The translations under genes were made by a program, and so were the position numbers. The notes under the pieces are model-generated. The model saw nothing but the letters and a program-made list of their open reading frames with translations, did not search any database and was not told the origin of the DNA. From contig LT635923.1 of assembly GCA_900128565.1 (NCBI GenBank), positions 1 to 50,604 on the forward strand: 50,604 nt of DNA, read 5' to 3'. The DNA comes from Stramenopiles sp. TOSAG23-6 (lineage: Eukaryota). Shown piece after piece: positions 1 through 11,600 of this stretch (the stretch's first letter is position 1; each line of letters opens with the position of its first letter).

Positions 1-88
1 AAAATATTTCAAAAAAAAACTAAAATTTGTTAGGTACAAAATTTTTATAAAAAAATAAATTCGAATTTGAAAAAAAAATAAAACATAC
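1..88 (-). other. Intron-family element H (partial, runs off window end), left copy
   Basis: Mirror of 50517-50604; GTATGT donor, TACCTAAC. Confidence 0.7.
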
Positions 89-1464
89 ATGTAAGGACTT
101 CCACATCAGAAGATGCTGAATTTGTTCGAACTGATTTATTAAAAACTGAGATATCAAAACTACCAATTACACTAGGATTGAATAGGCTTGGTGCTGATAC
201 TTGACTTGAAGAATATTTAGAGTCTTTGTCTATATAGTCTATAGAATGATCTACACTAGAAGATTCAAATGCCGAACTTAAATTTTCTACCAATGGTGGA
301 TTTATATGAAGACAGTGCCACGTATGAATACTTCCATCTCCGGCCAAATCACGAGAAGAACCATGTATTGTGAAAAAATATTTCGAAAAAAAAACTAAAA
401 TTTGTTAGGTACAAAATTTCGTACGAAAAAAAAATTGAAATTTTGAAATTGCGAAAACGTACACGAATCATTTGAGGTTTATAATGATTACTACTGTCTG
501 TAACATCATCATCTTTATAATTATTTACGTTATTTTTCGTATTACTTTGAGTTAAGACTAATATCATATGATTAATAGAATTGATCCATGAACGCGCCTC
601 ACCGACTGTTTTTGCTCGGAGAGTCAATTTCTTACCATCAATATTCAGCACAAATGTGCCTTTCTTTTTTTCTTCATCTTGGCATGATAAAACACTAGTT
701 CCTCCACTACCATCTGCAAAATAAACATTTTTTATAGAACCGGATTTTTCTAATAAACGAAGATCAACTTGAGTTTTGGCATACGAAAATATTCCTCCAC
801 AGTATACTGTAGATTTCGTTAAAGACGCATGAGCCCGAAAGCGAAGTTGACAAAAACGTCGTTCCCAAGTAAGCATCCCATATCGCCAAGATCGTTTCCA
901 GAGAAAGCCTTTATTCAATATTTGTTCATGTGAAGACGTTTCAACATCTTTTTTCTCTGAGGGAGGACTATGAGACATGGAATTAGGGTTAGGGTTAGGG
1001 TTAGGCCGAAGATTTGTCCCGGATCCAAACCACTTGAAGCGTATACTTATTTTATGATCTAGATCACTTAGATTTTCTGATTTTTTATTTTTTTCTGAAT
1101 TTTTATTTACGTTTACATGCATTTCAATGATACATCGTTCGTAATCTCTACCATTAGCTGATAATTTAAACATCGGTCCTGATATTATTTGTGATTGAAG
1201 AATAGGTACTGAATGCGACATCATCGAATCTATACTATATTTTGTATTACTTTTAATGAGTTTGTTGTAATCATTATATGGTATAGTATGTGTAGTATTT
1301 GGTGATAATCTCGAAGGAATTAAAACACTAAAATATTCTGGCATTTCGTTTTTTTCTCCTTTCATTAGGGTTAGGGTTTTTTTTGTTGGTTGCATTGGCA
1401 TAGAAAAGCGTAACAAAGGAACTAGATCTCTTATTCTTTGTTTTTGTTTTCGTTTCAAAACCGT
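89..1464 (-). CDS. PH-domain protein, internal exons 1464-463 and 362-89 (5' and 3' incomplete), left copy
   Basis: ILNKGFLWKRSW..WERRFCQL..FVLNIDGKKLTLRAKTVGEARSWINSI is a pleckstrin-homology signature; removing 363-462 joins QMIR|GSSRDLAGDG in frame. Confidence 0.75.
363..462 (-). other. Intron-family element G (100 nt, GT...AT), left copy
   Basis: Mirror of 50143-50242. Confidence 0.7.
983..1005 (+). repeat. Interstitial telomere-like (TTAGGG)3-TTAGG tract inside a coding exon (encodes PNPNPNP on the minus strand)
   Basis: Read directly: ttagggttagggttagggttagg. Confidence 0.85.
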
Positions 1465-1557
1465 ATGTATTTTGGAAAAATATTTGAAATATTTTTCGTT
1501 AGGTACAAAATTTCGTACGAAAAAAAAACTTCGAATTTGAAAAAAAATAAAACATAC
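1465..1557 (-). other. Intron-family element F (93 nt, GT...AT) between the JMJD5 exon and the PH-gene exon, left copy
   Basis: Mirror of 49048-49140. Confidence 0.65.
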
Positions 1558-2686
1558 ATGCATTCACATGAACAGTAGTAGCATCCGATCCAGTGTCAGT
1601 TGGTAACAGAGCACTACAAAGAGATGGCTGTATAATATCTTCTTTTAAAAATGGTATTTGATCAAATAAAGGATGCTGAGCTAGATAGGCACATTGAGTA
1701 TTATCAATTGAACATTTTGAAAAACGTCCACAACTTTCACTTGGAATTACATGGTTTGTAATAAAGTCGGACAGAGTCATCACTTTTTGAGCCCAGCTAT
1801 TAGATAAATATGTTTGTGTGTTATCAGCTTTATTACATACTTCTACAGGGACAATTCTATCACCAGCTACTTTCTTTAGATATGATGCATCAGACCATAA
1901 ATGTTTACTGCCAGTTTTGAGCGCTGGCCACTCAGACAAACTACCTGTGATTATAACAGGAGTGGTTGACTTCATAAAATTTTCTTTAAACTCAGAAATT
2001 GTCATTTTCTGAATTCCGTCATTCGTTCTAAAAGGGACACGACTTATTGGTGAAACATACTTGGATTTACTCCCACGAACCCATAATGGTGTTGACTCTT
2101 TCAGCACTTTACGTTTTACATTACAACTAGATGAGTGAATTTCTGGACAACTATCAATCGTTTCGTTTGTAGGGTTAGGGTTTTGAGTATCATGAGGGTT
2201 GTTTAACTGAACTGCTTTGGATGCCTTTGATATAATATCTTTAGCCATTAAATTCCAATGCGGTCCACCTCGAAGTAACGCTAAATCAATTGCTCTCAGT
2301 GCAGCTCTGCCACCATCAATAGAACCATTTGAGGCTAAGAAACTTGACTCGGCCCACTGGATCGAGGCAAAACTATAGGCGCCGAGCCATGCGCAACGAT
2401 GTTGCATCGTGACTGCTATACCTGCATCGTCATTCATTTCCATTGTACCAATTGCTTCAAATGTTGAATCTCTGGTTAGATCAGCCAAACGTTCGGCCTC
2501 GCGCCGTGTAAAGTCAGAGCTTCCCACTAAATTAGCCTTTTTCAGTGCTTCAGCTGTTTGGACTAAAAGTTTCGCAGTGTTTACACCACCTTCCTTTTGA
2601 AGTTGATAAATAAGCTTTCGAGATGGCGATACAGTTGATGATTCAAAGGAAGCTTCTGCAAGCATCTTGTTCAGAACAGGATCCAT
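1558..2686 (-). CDS. KDM8: JmjC hydroxylase JMJD5/KDM8-like, N-terminal exon only (catalytic half absent), left copy
   Basis: ALRAIDLALLRGGP, PVIITGSLSEWPAL..W..YLKKVAGDRIVPVEV, YLAQHPLFDQIPFLKEDI, ending VHVNA just before the expected WFGP..HxD; first ATG at 2686. Confidence 0.8.
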
Positions 2687-2962
2687 TTTGAATGATAATT
2701 TTGTTAAGGACAATAAATAGTTATCGTCCCTCTACGACATTACGTATTGGATTATAGGGTTTTGGGCGTAGTCTCAAACAAGTTAAGCTGACTCATGATA
2801 CCCGGTACACATACAGTAGCGCGAATTTCGAATTTGTGACCGACACATGCAACAACAAACAGTCGAGTACTACTACGGCTAGTACTTACAATTATATCAA
2901 TTATTGAGAGAGACTGTATATTTTTTAGAAATATAAGGACTTGTATAGTGCTCTATTAAATA

Positions 2963-3442
2963 ATGACTGCAATGAATCGCCCATTTCAGATTGCAAGTGC
3001 ATACTACAGACAGGCACCAGGAAGATTAACACATCAGCAAACTGTCACTCGCTTGTACCGCCACTCTCTGAAGTTGATGATGAGTTGGGCTGGTGACCGT
3101 GAGTTGATTTGCGACGAAGCTGATAAAATCCGAGCTCAATTTGATTCTTATAAATCATACGACCCATCTTCTGGTGCTGTGAAACGTGCTATTCGTGAAG
3201 GTAATGAAAAGTTGGCATATTACACTCATCCTGATAAGTACACGATTCCATATCTTCCTGGAGGCTCAAAGTTCATGCGTAATGCCCCACCACCGCTTGA
3301 AGCATGTTTTCCAGATGGCATACCTGATGACGTCGCAAAGTCTGTTAGCTCTGTAGAATGTCACCCAGATGGTATCCCTTCAACTATTAGATCGGGAAAT
3401 CAAAGAATATTGATTGATGCAATGGCCAAGGAATTAAAGTAG
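2963..3442 (+). CDS. NDUFB9: NADH:ubiquinone oxidoreductase subunit B9 (B22; LYR family)
   Basis: LTHQQTVTRLYRHSLK..SW (LYR motif) and HPDKYTIPYLPGGSKFMRNAPPP. Confidence 0.9.
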   Translation: MTAMNRPFQIASAYYRQAPGRLTHQQTVTRLYRHSLKLMMSWAGDRELICDEADKIRAQFDSYKSYDPSSGAVKRAIREGNEKLAYYTHPDKYTIPYLPGGSKFMRNAPPPLEACFPDGIPDDVAKSVSSVECHPDGIPSTIRSGNQRILIDAMAKELK

Positions 3443-3613
3443 TTAGTTGTCTCAGTCAACAATAAGAAAAAATAAATCACAAAGACAATGTCAAAATAAA
3501 AATAATTTCTTTTTATTTTGAATAAATCAACGATAAAATATACTTTATCACTATTTAGCATATTATTGTAACCGTATATGTATTGTCAGTTATTTATAAC
3601 GTCATGACTATTA

Positions 3614-4336
3614 CTATTGCCTATTTAAAAACCAATATTGGCGATTGTCACCCGCGCCGCCATCATCAATCCAAACCATACCTTCACGAGTCAACATCAT
3701 CAATGCTTGCTCTGCGCGACTCTTGGACCAATTCAAATTTTTCTTTATCATCAATGTATCAATGTATCCTCTTTCATGTGCTAAACTTATTAATGCCGTG
3801 TGATCTACGTTCAATTCCACCGGAACCGAACAAATCATTGTGCTACTTCCAGCTGATAGCAGACTAAAGCCAGCACCAAGTATTTTCATTTTGCTGACTG
3901 CAGTTTTAATGTCATCCACGCTTACAGCTGCTGCTTTGCTTCCTCTCATTTTCAAAAGTAACTTGTGAAGATCATCCACAGATATCAGTCCACCGTTTCG
4001 TGGTCTAGTAGAAACACATACATCAAGAATTTGAACTCCAAGCTCATAATAAAAGTCATTTGAACCTAAGAGCTCTGCCCAGAAGCCTTTATTTGACGCA
4101 AGAGGATCAACCCCAATAGATGAACACATTTTCTGGAATTGCATGCGGAACTCTGGGTCTTGATTGATAGATTTCTTGTGCTTTAAAGCGAATTTTTCTA
4201 AGTTACTTTTAAATTCTGTCAAAGTATTCGCTGCATGTGTCATTAACTCCTTCCGCATGGCAGTTCCCCTGGCTTTGAATTGACTATCCTGATTTCTACG
4301 TTGTATCAAACCTGCTCGACCTATACGTCGCCTCAT
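3614..4336 (-). CDS. SNF8: ESCRT-II subunit SNF8/VPS22/EAP30
   Basis: MRRRIG, LEKFALKHK..I..DPEFR.QFQKMC.SIGVDPLASNKGFWAELLG..DFYYELGVQI, SVPVELN.DH, EGMVWIDD, YWF. Confidence 0.95.
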   Translation of the reverse strand: MRRRIGRAGLIQRRNQDSQFKARGTAMRKELMTHAANTLTEFKSNLEKFALKHKKSINQDPEFRMQFQKMCSSIGVDPLASNKGFWAELLGSNDFYYELGVQILDVCVSTRPRNGGLISVDDLHKLLLKMRGSKAAAVSVDDIKTAVSKMKILGAGFSLLSAGSSTMICSVPVELNVDHTALISLAHERGYIDTLMIKKNLNWSKSRAEQALMMLTREGMVWIDDGGAGDNRQYWFLNRQ

Positions 4337-4684
4337 GATTAATGTGAATTCTATTTATAATCAATAATTTTGAAATATGATGGAACAGGAAAGTTTTCCT
4401 CTCACTCTGCAAGTACCTACGTACCGTCAAGACTTAAAAAAAGAGCTTTCGTGAAGAAGTCGAACTTCGAAGTGTCAATGGAAGTCAAAAATAGAATGAT
4501 AGAACACGAAAATTTTCTTTTTTTTTTGAAACCGTCAAAATTATTGTGACTACTACGGTACTACTCTCTACTATATCAGCTTTAGTATCAAGTCATTGGA
4601 GAATCTGATCAAAATTCTTCTTCATTAACTCTTATCCAAAGCGGAAATAAATCTGTTTTCATCGTGAAATAACTCACAGCCTTT

Positions 4685-6144
4685 ATGAGTAGTACTAATC
4701 TTTCTGCTAAAGGCATAGGCAATGAAAGTGGAATTCACCAAGAGCAAAAGGTGGTTGATACTCCTTCAATAAAACGTACCTCAAGTCATGACTCTTCAAT
4801 AAATCGTACCTCAAGTCATGACTCTTTATCTGATACACCAATGTGTAATATACAGTATGATACATCTACAGCTACAGCAATTTGTGAATTATGCGCTGCA
4901 GCAGACAGAGGGAAACAAATCGTTGATAACGTAAATGCTTCGTTTTTATACGGCGACGACCCTGTGCGTTTATCTGAAGGTCGTCGAGCTATCAATTACT
5001 GGAAATCCCGGCTTCAAAAGTACACCGGCCAAATAGCTTCCTCTTTATTACCCTCAATTGATGCAGTAAGTGTGTCAGGATTACCATCGACAGTTCGCGA
5101 GCAAAGACGTGTACTTGTTGAAGTAAGTACACTTTTAGAAGACAGATTGAAAAGGCATTACGATAGTATTGAAGCATTTTGTGAACTATTAGATTCGGAA
5201 ACTAACAAATTTACGTGGGAAAACTTGATGCTTGAAGCTCAAACACGTATCAAGAATCGACATGTACAAGATGAAGAGGAATCATTGGAGTGTTCAACGA
5301 GTTCAATACCTCTGCCACCCATCCCAGCCGCAGCTGAAGTCCCACTAACACCTCATTCCCGAGAACAAGATTCCATGTCGTATAAAAAGACTACTACAAA
5401 TATAAGTGATGTAGTTAGTCCTAGTAAACCTACTACATTAAACATCAATAATTCCAATGCGTTGAAAATCAAGGGTAATGATGCATTACGCAATGGTCAA
5501 CCTCAAGTAGCGATTAACTTTTATACAAAAGCGTTGGAGCTGTCCCCAAATGGTCCTGATTCTCATATTTTCTTTTCAAATAGAGCTGCTGCTCAGATGT
5601 ATCTTTTACATTACAAAAAAGCTATTTTTGATTGTCGTGCGGCACTTCGGTTAAAACCTAGGTTTGCTAAAGCTCATGCACGATTAGGTACAGCTCATTA
5701 CAATTTAAGAGAGTTTCATAATGCGATAACAGCATACGAAAAAGCTTTAGTATATGTCCGTTTTCATTAATTTTTTTCCTAAAGGTTTTTTTTTTCTTGA
5801 AAATTTCATACCTAACGATTTTTTTCACTAAAACATTTTTTTTCATAATACAGGATCCTTCATTGATATCTGCCAGAACTAATCTAAATGCAGCTCGTAA
5901 TCAACTACAACATCAAAATACTCGTACTAAAGGAAATGATAAGACTACAAATAAAATTCCACATGTATCAGATTCTAATTCTTCGTTAAACGATTTTAGA
6001 GACAATCTAAGCGATGCTTTTACCCATACAACACAGAAAGCAGTAAAATGGGGGGAAAATGTATACAATAAAATAATGACTGACGAACCTGACTACACTT
6101 CTAAATCGAATGACGGAAATCATCACTCAAAAAAAATCCTATGA
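4685..6144 (+). CDS. TPR-repeat protein (SGTA/Sgt2-like TPR triplet); exons 4685-5755 and 5854-6144; true C-terminus uncertain
   Basis: LKIKGNDAL..AINFYTKALELSP..IFFSNRAAA..AIFDCRAALRLKPRFAKAHARLG.AHY..AITAYEKALVY|DPS; splicing completes the third TPR and capping helix. Confidence 0.85.
5756..5853 (+). other. Intron-family element A (98 nt, GT...AG), the canonical member that fixes the family register
   Basis: GTCCGTTTTC...TACCTAAC(5809-5816)...TTCATAATACAG; phase 0; removes an in-frame stop. Confidence 0.9.
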
Positions 6145-6470
6145 AGATTTAGTCTATGCTTTGGAATCAGAAAGGAAAAAACGTTCTGAATTAGAATTAG
6201 AAAATAGTCGTTTAAGAAAAATTAGAATTAGAAAATAGTTAGAAAATAGTCGTTTAAGAAAAATTGATGGAGGCAAAAGACAAAAAATATTCATTTAAAG
6301 AGTAAATAATATATCCTGGTCGCACTTTCCATAAAGTTAATACAAAAAGGAATATTGTCATGGAGGGATAAGCAAACTCTAAAACTTCCATTGTGCGAAA
6401 TTTATTAAAGATTCAATTTCAAATTTGTCATCCATATAATAAATGCATGAAAACCAAAAGTATATACAAG

Positions 6471-6546
6471 TGTTTTTATTTTACCTATAGTATTGAATAA
6501 TAACACATTGTTTTTATTTTACCTATAGTATTGAATAATAACACAT
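6471..6546. repeat. Exact 38-bp tandem duplication in the convergent intergenic region
   Basis: tgtttttattttacctatagtattgaataataacacat x2. Confidence 0.9.
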
Positions 6547-6565
6547 TTGAAGAATTATAATGCAC

Positions 6566-8300
6566 TTATAAAAGTTGCTTCGGAGTCCTTGGAAAACTTG
6601 ATGATACTGTACCATGTTCATTGCGAAATCCTGGAGTTCTTTTAGCTCTACGACGAAAATTCGCAAATCGATGTTTTAAAACTCGAGGGCGCTTTGGAGT
6701 TTTTAATGACGATTGCTCTGAGATATTTCGTGAAGGTGTCACTGTAGTAGTATGTTTCTTTAAATTATCAATTTGTTTGCTATTATTATTTCGTGACATT
6801 TCATCCAATGTCTTTCTGCCATTTATTGATATTTTATTATTTCGTGACATTTCATCCAATGTCTTTCTGCCATTTATTGGTATTTTCTGACAATTTGTAA
6901 ATGGTGGATTATTATTTCGTGACACTTTGTGCAATTTTGGAATAGCACAATTTTTTTTATTATTATTTTCTACTTTTTGAACATTAGAAAAATCTCCAGA
7001 TTTCCTTGAATTACGAAACTGTGAATTTGTAGAAATATTTCTGCTGTTATTCATTGTATTCGTATTGTTTCTATTATTGATTAACTTTCGAGCTCTACAT
7101 GGTGACGGTGTCAATGTTGCATCGCGAACTCGAGATCTTTTCCGTAATAGCGATGTCACTGAATATTGTGAAGGGGTTTTATTTACATTACGATTTGGTG
7201 TTTTATTAAAATGTCTTTGGCTTTTACTAACAGACATTTGACTTGGATTGATGCCTCTGCGAGATACAGATAACAAATTTGACGATTGTCTTTGTACCAT
7301 TTGATGTGGTGATTGTCTTNGTACCATTTGATGTGGTGATTGTCTTTGAAACTCTTGAATATTTCTATTCATTCTACTTGAAGACATCATTCTACGAGAT
7401 GGAGTGAATATGTTTTGTGTTTTCCGGAATGAATTTTTCTCAGAGCCTTGGGAAGATAGTATTGTATCAGATAGAGCTACTGGGGTACGAAATTGAGTAG
7501 AGAAAGAAGCATTATTTGGATTATAATGATTATTTTTTGGTGTTGTTGCTATATATTTCTCTTTCTCTTGAGAGGAGTCTGTGACGTCATTTTTGTTCAT
7601 GTTTATCAAATAGGATTTATTTTTTGGTGTGTTACTCTTATTGAAGAGTTGTTTTATTCTCTTTCGACCACCCAAAGTATTGAGTGGTTGTTGACTTGTA
7701 CATTGTCTGGTGTCACGTTTTGTGAGAAAATATTTCCAAAAAAAATATCGTTAGGTACACAATTACGTACGAAAACAACATCTGAATTTTAAATTTATGA
7801 TAAACACGCACACGTTGCCGTACTGAGAGTGAGGATTTATTAATAGGATGATTCGATACTGAAGCATTTTGAGCTTGCGCTTGGAGAGATTTCGTTTTCG
7901 TCTCGAGTTGTTCCTGATATTTTTTTAACTCTGAATTTTCTTTACTCAATTTGGATTTTTCCTTCTCAAGATGAGCCAAATACAACGCAACCTGCTTTTG
8001 CTGGAACTCGCGGATTTCTAATACACCGGCCTCTATAGTTTCTGGATTACCAAGGACTTTTCGAGAAACCTCATCTGGTACATCTGAAGAACCTAAGTTG
8101 ATGAACATACAAGAAGCAACATCACATACCTGACATCGGTTTTTCTGGTAGTAGTTGGAGTTTAAACACTTTTTGCAAATAAAGTGCTTACAACTTGTTA
8201 CAAATATATTTGAAAGACAAGATATTTCTAAAAAGCAAACGTTGCAACGCTGTGCATAGTTAGAAGTACTTACATGATCTTTGATTTTTCGTACAGTCAT
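6566..8300 (-). CDS. RING + coiled-coil + S/T/N/R-rich tail protein, RNF212/Zip3-like; exons 8300-7812 and 7714-6566
   Basis: CNVCF..IFVTSCKHFICKKCL..CQVC RING, then IREFQQKQ and a coiled coil as in the RNF212/Zip3/HEI10 family; removing 7715-7811 joins VRQR|DTRQC in frame. Confidence 0.65.
7715..7811 (-). other. Intron-family element E (97 nt, GT...GT), left copy
   Basis: Mirror of 42794-42890. Confidence 0.7.
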
Positions 8301-8670
8301 TTAGTAGTAATTGTTTAAAGAGAAGGGACTAGCGTTGAATAATTCTGATTGTTTCAATACTATGGTCGCTATCACAGTCCACGAATGATTTCTTCATGTA
8401 TTCATCTGTATCTCTTTGTCATACAGAGTATGTACCTTCCAGTTCTTGCTTACTTAGAATGACCTTGAAGTCGAAGAATATAGAACAATTGAGGCTGTTG
8501 TAGATTACGTGGTACCCGTATTATAAATAGCGACTGTGGTACATGACTTCAAGAATCAGAGAAAATGGGAGAAAATGACAGCGAAAATAATTCGCGATTA
8601 TTATTTCGATTTAGGGTTAGGGTTTAGTCAAAGTCGGGAAGAGAAAAAAAATATTTTGATTATTATTTAA

Positions 8671-11600
8671 TTATTTATTTCTTTTGTTTGGTATAAAATA
8701 TTCTGTAGTTAAATGCATCATTACTTCCCTTTTCTCTTCCTTGGATATAGTACTGGTTTCAATACCATCATATGATGCACCAAGTGGAAGCTTAGGATCA
8801 AGTGCAGGCGGCAACAATTCACTAGTATTTCTTGGACTTTCTACCTCAAAATTCCCTTTTTCGTCAATATCTCTTTCGTAAGGAAGAAGAAACGTTTTAG
8901 TATTGTATATAACATTTGAAACATTTCCAGATTTCTGATCACTAAGAATATTACTTAATTGGTCTTTGAACGTTTCTAGTTCAATGCTTGAAGTTGTCAC
9001 AAAGTCGGTAGGCCAAATATCTTTGGATTCTTTGCTTTTATATAAGTCACTTTTTAACTGAAAAGGTGCAACATTATTCTCATTATTTACAGCTTGTGAT
9101 ACATTTATCGCACTTTTGAATTGGCGTTTCAATAACATGTTCGTAATTTCAGAAACTAAATGTATATCGGCTTCGTCATTTCCATTGAGGCACAATTCTA
9201 TTAATTTTTTTCCACCGCTTACTTGCCCAGATATACTGCGCTTGATAACATCATGAAATGCTACGCAAGCGCTTCTTCCAACTTTATTTCGACGAAGTTT
9301 CATTGACCTCAAATTCCCATTGATACCTAAAGATCGCGCAAGAGCAGCTGCGCCTCCATTGCCGATATAATTGTCATCTAGATCAATTTCCTGTAAATGA
9401 TTACTTCTGTAATCTCCTAGAACTTTGGAAAATGCACGTGCACCTTTGTCGCCAATATTATTATTAGACAATCGCAAAATTTCTAATTTACCCCACTCGC
9501 TACTTAAACCTTTTGCAAGTCCGGTAGCACCCTTGTCACTGATACAATTGTTGCTTATATCCAGAATACGAAGGGTGTACGTCCCCGAAAGAGCTCTGCC
9601 AAGTCTTGAGCCTCCTATATCACCAACATTGGCATTACTGAGCTGTAGCTCTATTAACTTTGATTGCCCTGTGCGTAAACCATCCGCGAGTGCATGAGCC
9701 GCCGCATCGCCACCGTAACAGCCATCGATGAATAAATGCTGAATCGAATGACCTGATCCAGATCGAATGGCTCTACTTATTGCGCAAATTCCTTTGCACC
9801 CAAATCGACCATTACCCACAGCTAAAGAAGTCAGCGAAGGATGCTTAGTTTCTTGTATAGCTGCTGCAATTGATGTAAGTCCTGCATTCCCAATATAAGT
9901 ATTATAGAGCAACAATGTTTTTACATTACATGAACTTATTTTAGATTCCGTTTTTTTAGCTGATATGTCTCCACTGTTATCATTAGTACCTTTCCTTTCT
10001 ATAGACGATATATCCTCATTGTTATTAGCAGTTCCTTTCCGTAATATAGAAGCCAATACATTAGCATCAGATGGAGTTAAGAAGGAAGAATCAATCACCA
10101 AATGCTGAGCCACACTAAAAATATCATCTAGTTCTCTTATATTTAGTATACGCTGAGGCAACCTACAAGTGCCAACTGTCTTTGCCCTATGCAAAGCAAT
10201 CATTAGTTCAATAGGTTGCTCTAGTTCGTGCCTTTCTGCAATTTCAGGAATTTCTCCAAGTGGATCCCAATCAAGAAATTGTGGCGAACGATGCTTCCAA
10301 TAACAAATGCTTTGTTTAACAAACCTGGTTAGTTTTGAAGCTGCGCGATTCTTAGTCCTTGTAATCATGATATTTTTGTATTCTATCCATGCACTAAAGC
10401 AACGAGTCAAAAGACCTCCAACAGAACGACGGAATCTTCGCTTCACTTCCAACATTTTTTCTGTAAATATTTTCCACAGATTGAATGTCGTATGTATTTC
10501 CCTATTACGCATTCGTTTTAAGAATGCTCCGGCCTTGCTATCATTGAGCTCATCTCTGCGTTCTTCTTGCAATGTAATTACATTTTCTTTCCACTCGTCA
10601 AACATACCTTGTAATGTAGTATTTGCATATTTCCGACATATACGTTCGTATCGCCGCTGCCATTCTATCATTTCTATCCACTTTATCCAACCTAAACGCT
10701 TGATACCATCTCTAGACTGTAGTATAAGTTTTCGAGTATTTTGTAGAATATCTATTCTTTTCATACGCATTCGATCTTTGGCTTTGTTTCTTCCAAACCA
10801 TCCACGAAGAATTCGTTGAATCTCCCGACTGTACCAATGGCGGAACATTAAGTGGCGCGCATTAGACATACGAATCATACACTGTATCTGTCGAGCTTTA
10901 ATATGTTTTTTAAATAATATGCGCATCAGGTAACCTCTAATAAGTTGTTGTAGAGGAATTATACACTGGTTTTCAGCATCTATTTGTTGGCCATAAAAAT
11001 CGTACGCTAATGTGTACACTTGACCTCTTGCACGAGAATTATAGGCGTCATAGTGAAACGCCATTGTAGCAGCATACTGAGACTGTTCTTCCAAAGGTAC
11101 CGCCCAGCAACAATCTGCAAATTCCGCCCACTGCTGTGCACTGAAGTCCGTACCATACGCATGATGACATTTCATTGCCTGTTGCATACTATCAGCTGCC
11201 AAATGAAAGAAACGTCTTCTATAATACCGTTTTCCTCGATCCCACCACCTATCAGGATCACTAAGCCATGTTTTAAGAGGTTTCCGATACCCAGGAGGCT
11301 TTAAGCGATAGAAGGCACTCTCAAAGGATTCTCGAATCCCAATCCGTTCTTCGGGTCCTGCTTTGGTAATATCATCACCATATTTTGCAGATATTTTCAT
11401 TTGAAGAACTCGAGATAATTGAAGTAAAAGATCGCCTTCTGAAAGACCAGTAGGTGGATCATCTAGTATGTATGTAATGTACTCTAATGCACGTCCAAGT
11501 TCTTTCAACTGTATTAAGCATACGGCGGCTAAATAAATTGCTTCATTAATTTTGGCAAAATCTTCAAAGTTTTCTATAATTTTCCCAAGAAGTTTCGCTG

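Noticed and set aside
1010-1040. KWFGSGT in the PH gene as the missing JMJD5 WFGP exon
   Set aside because: No Pro, no downstream HxD or JmjC strands; it runs straight into PNPNP and the PH domain.
349-1563. Phe-rich ORF termini such as MHVCFIFFQ.., ..FFRTKFCT, MYLTNFFSK.. as transmembrane or signal peptides
   Set aside because: They are translations of the T-rich intron-family elements.
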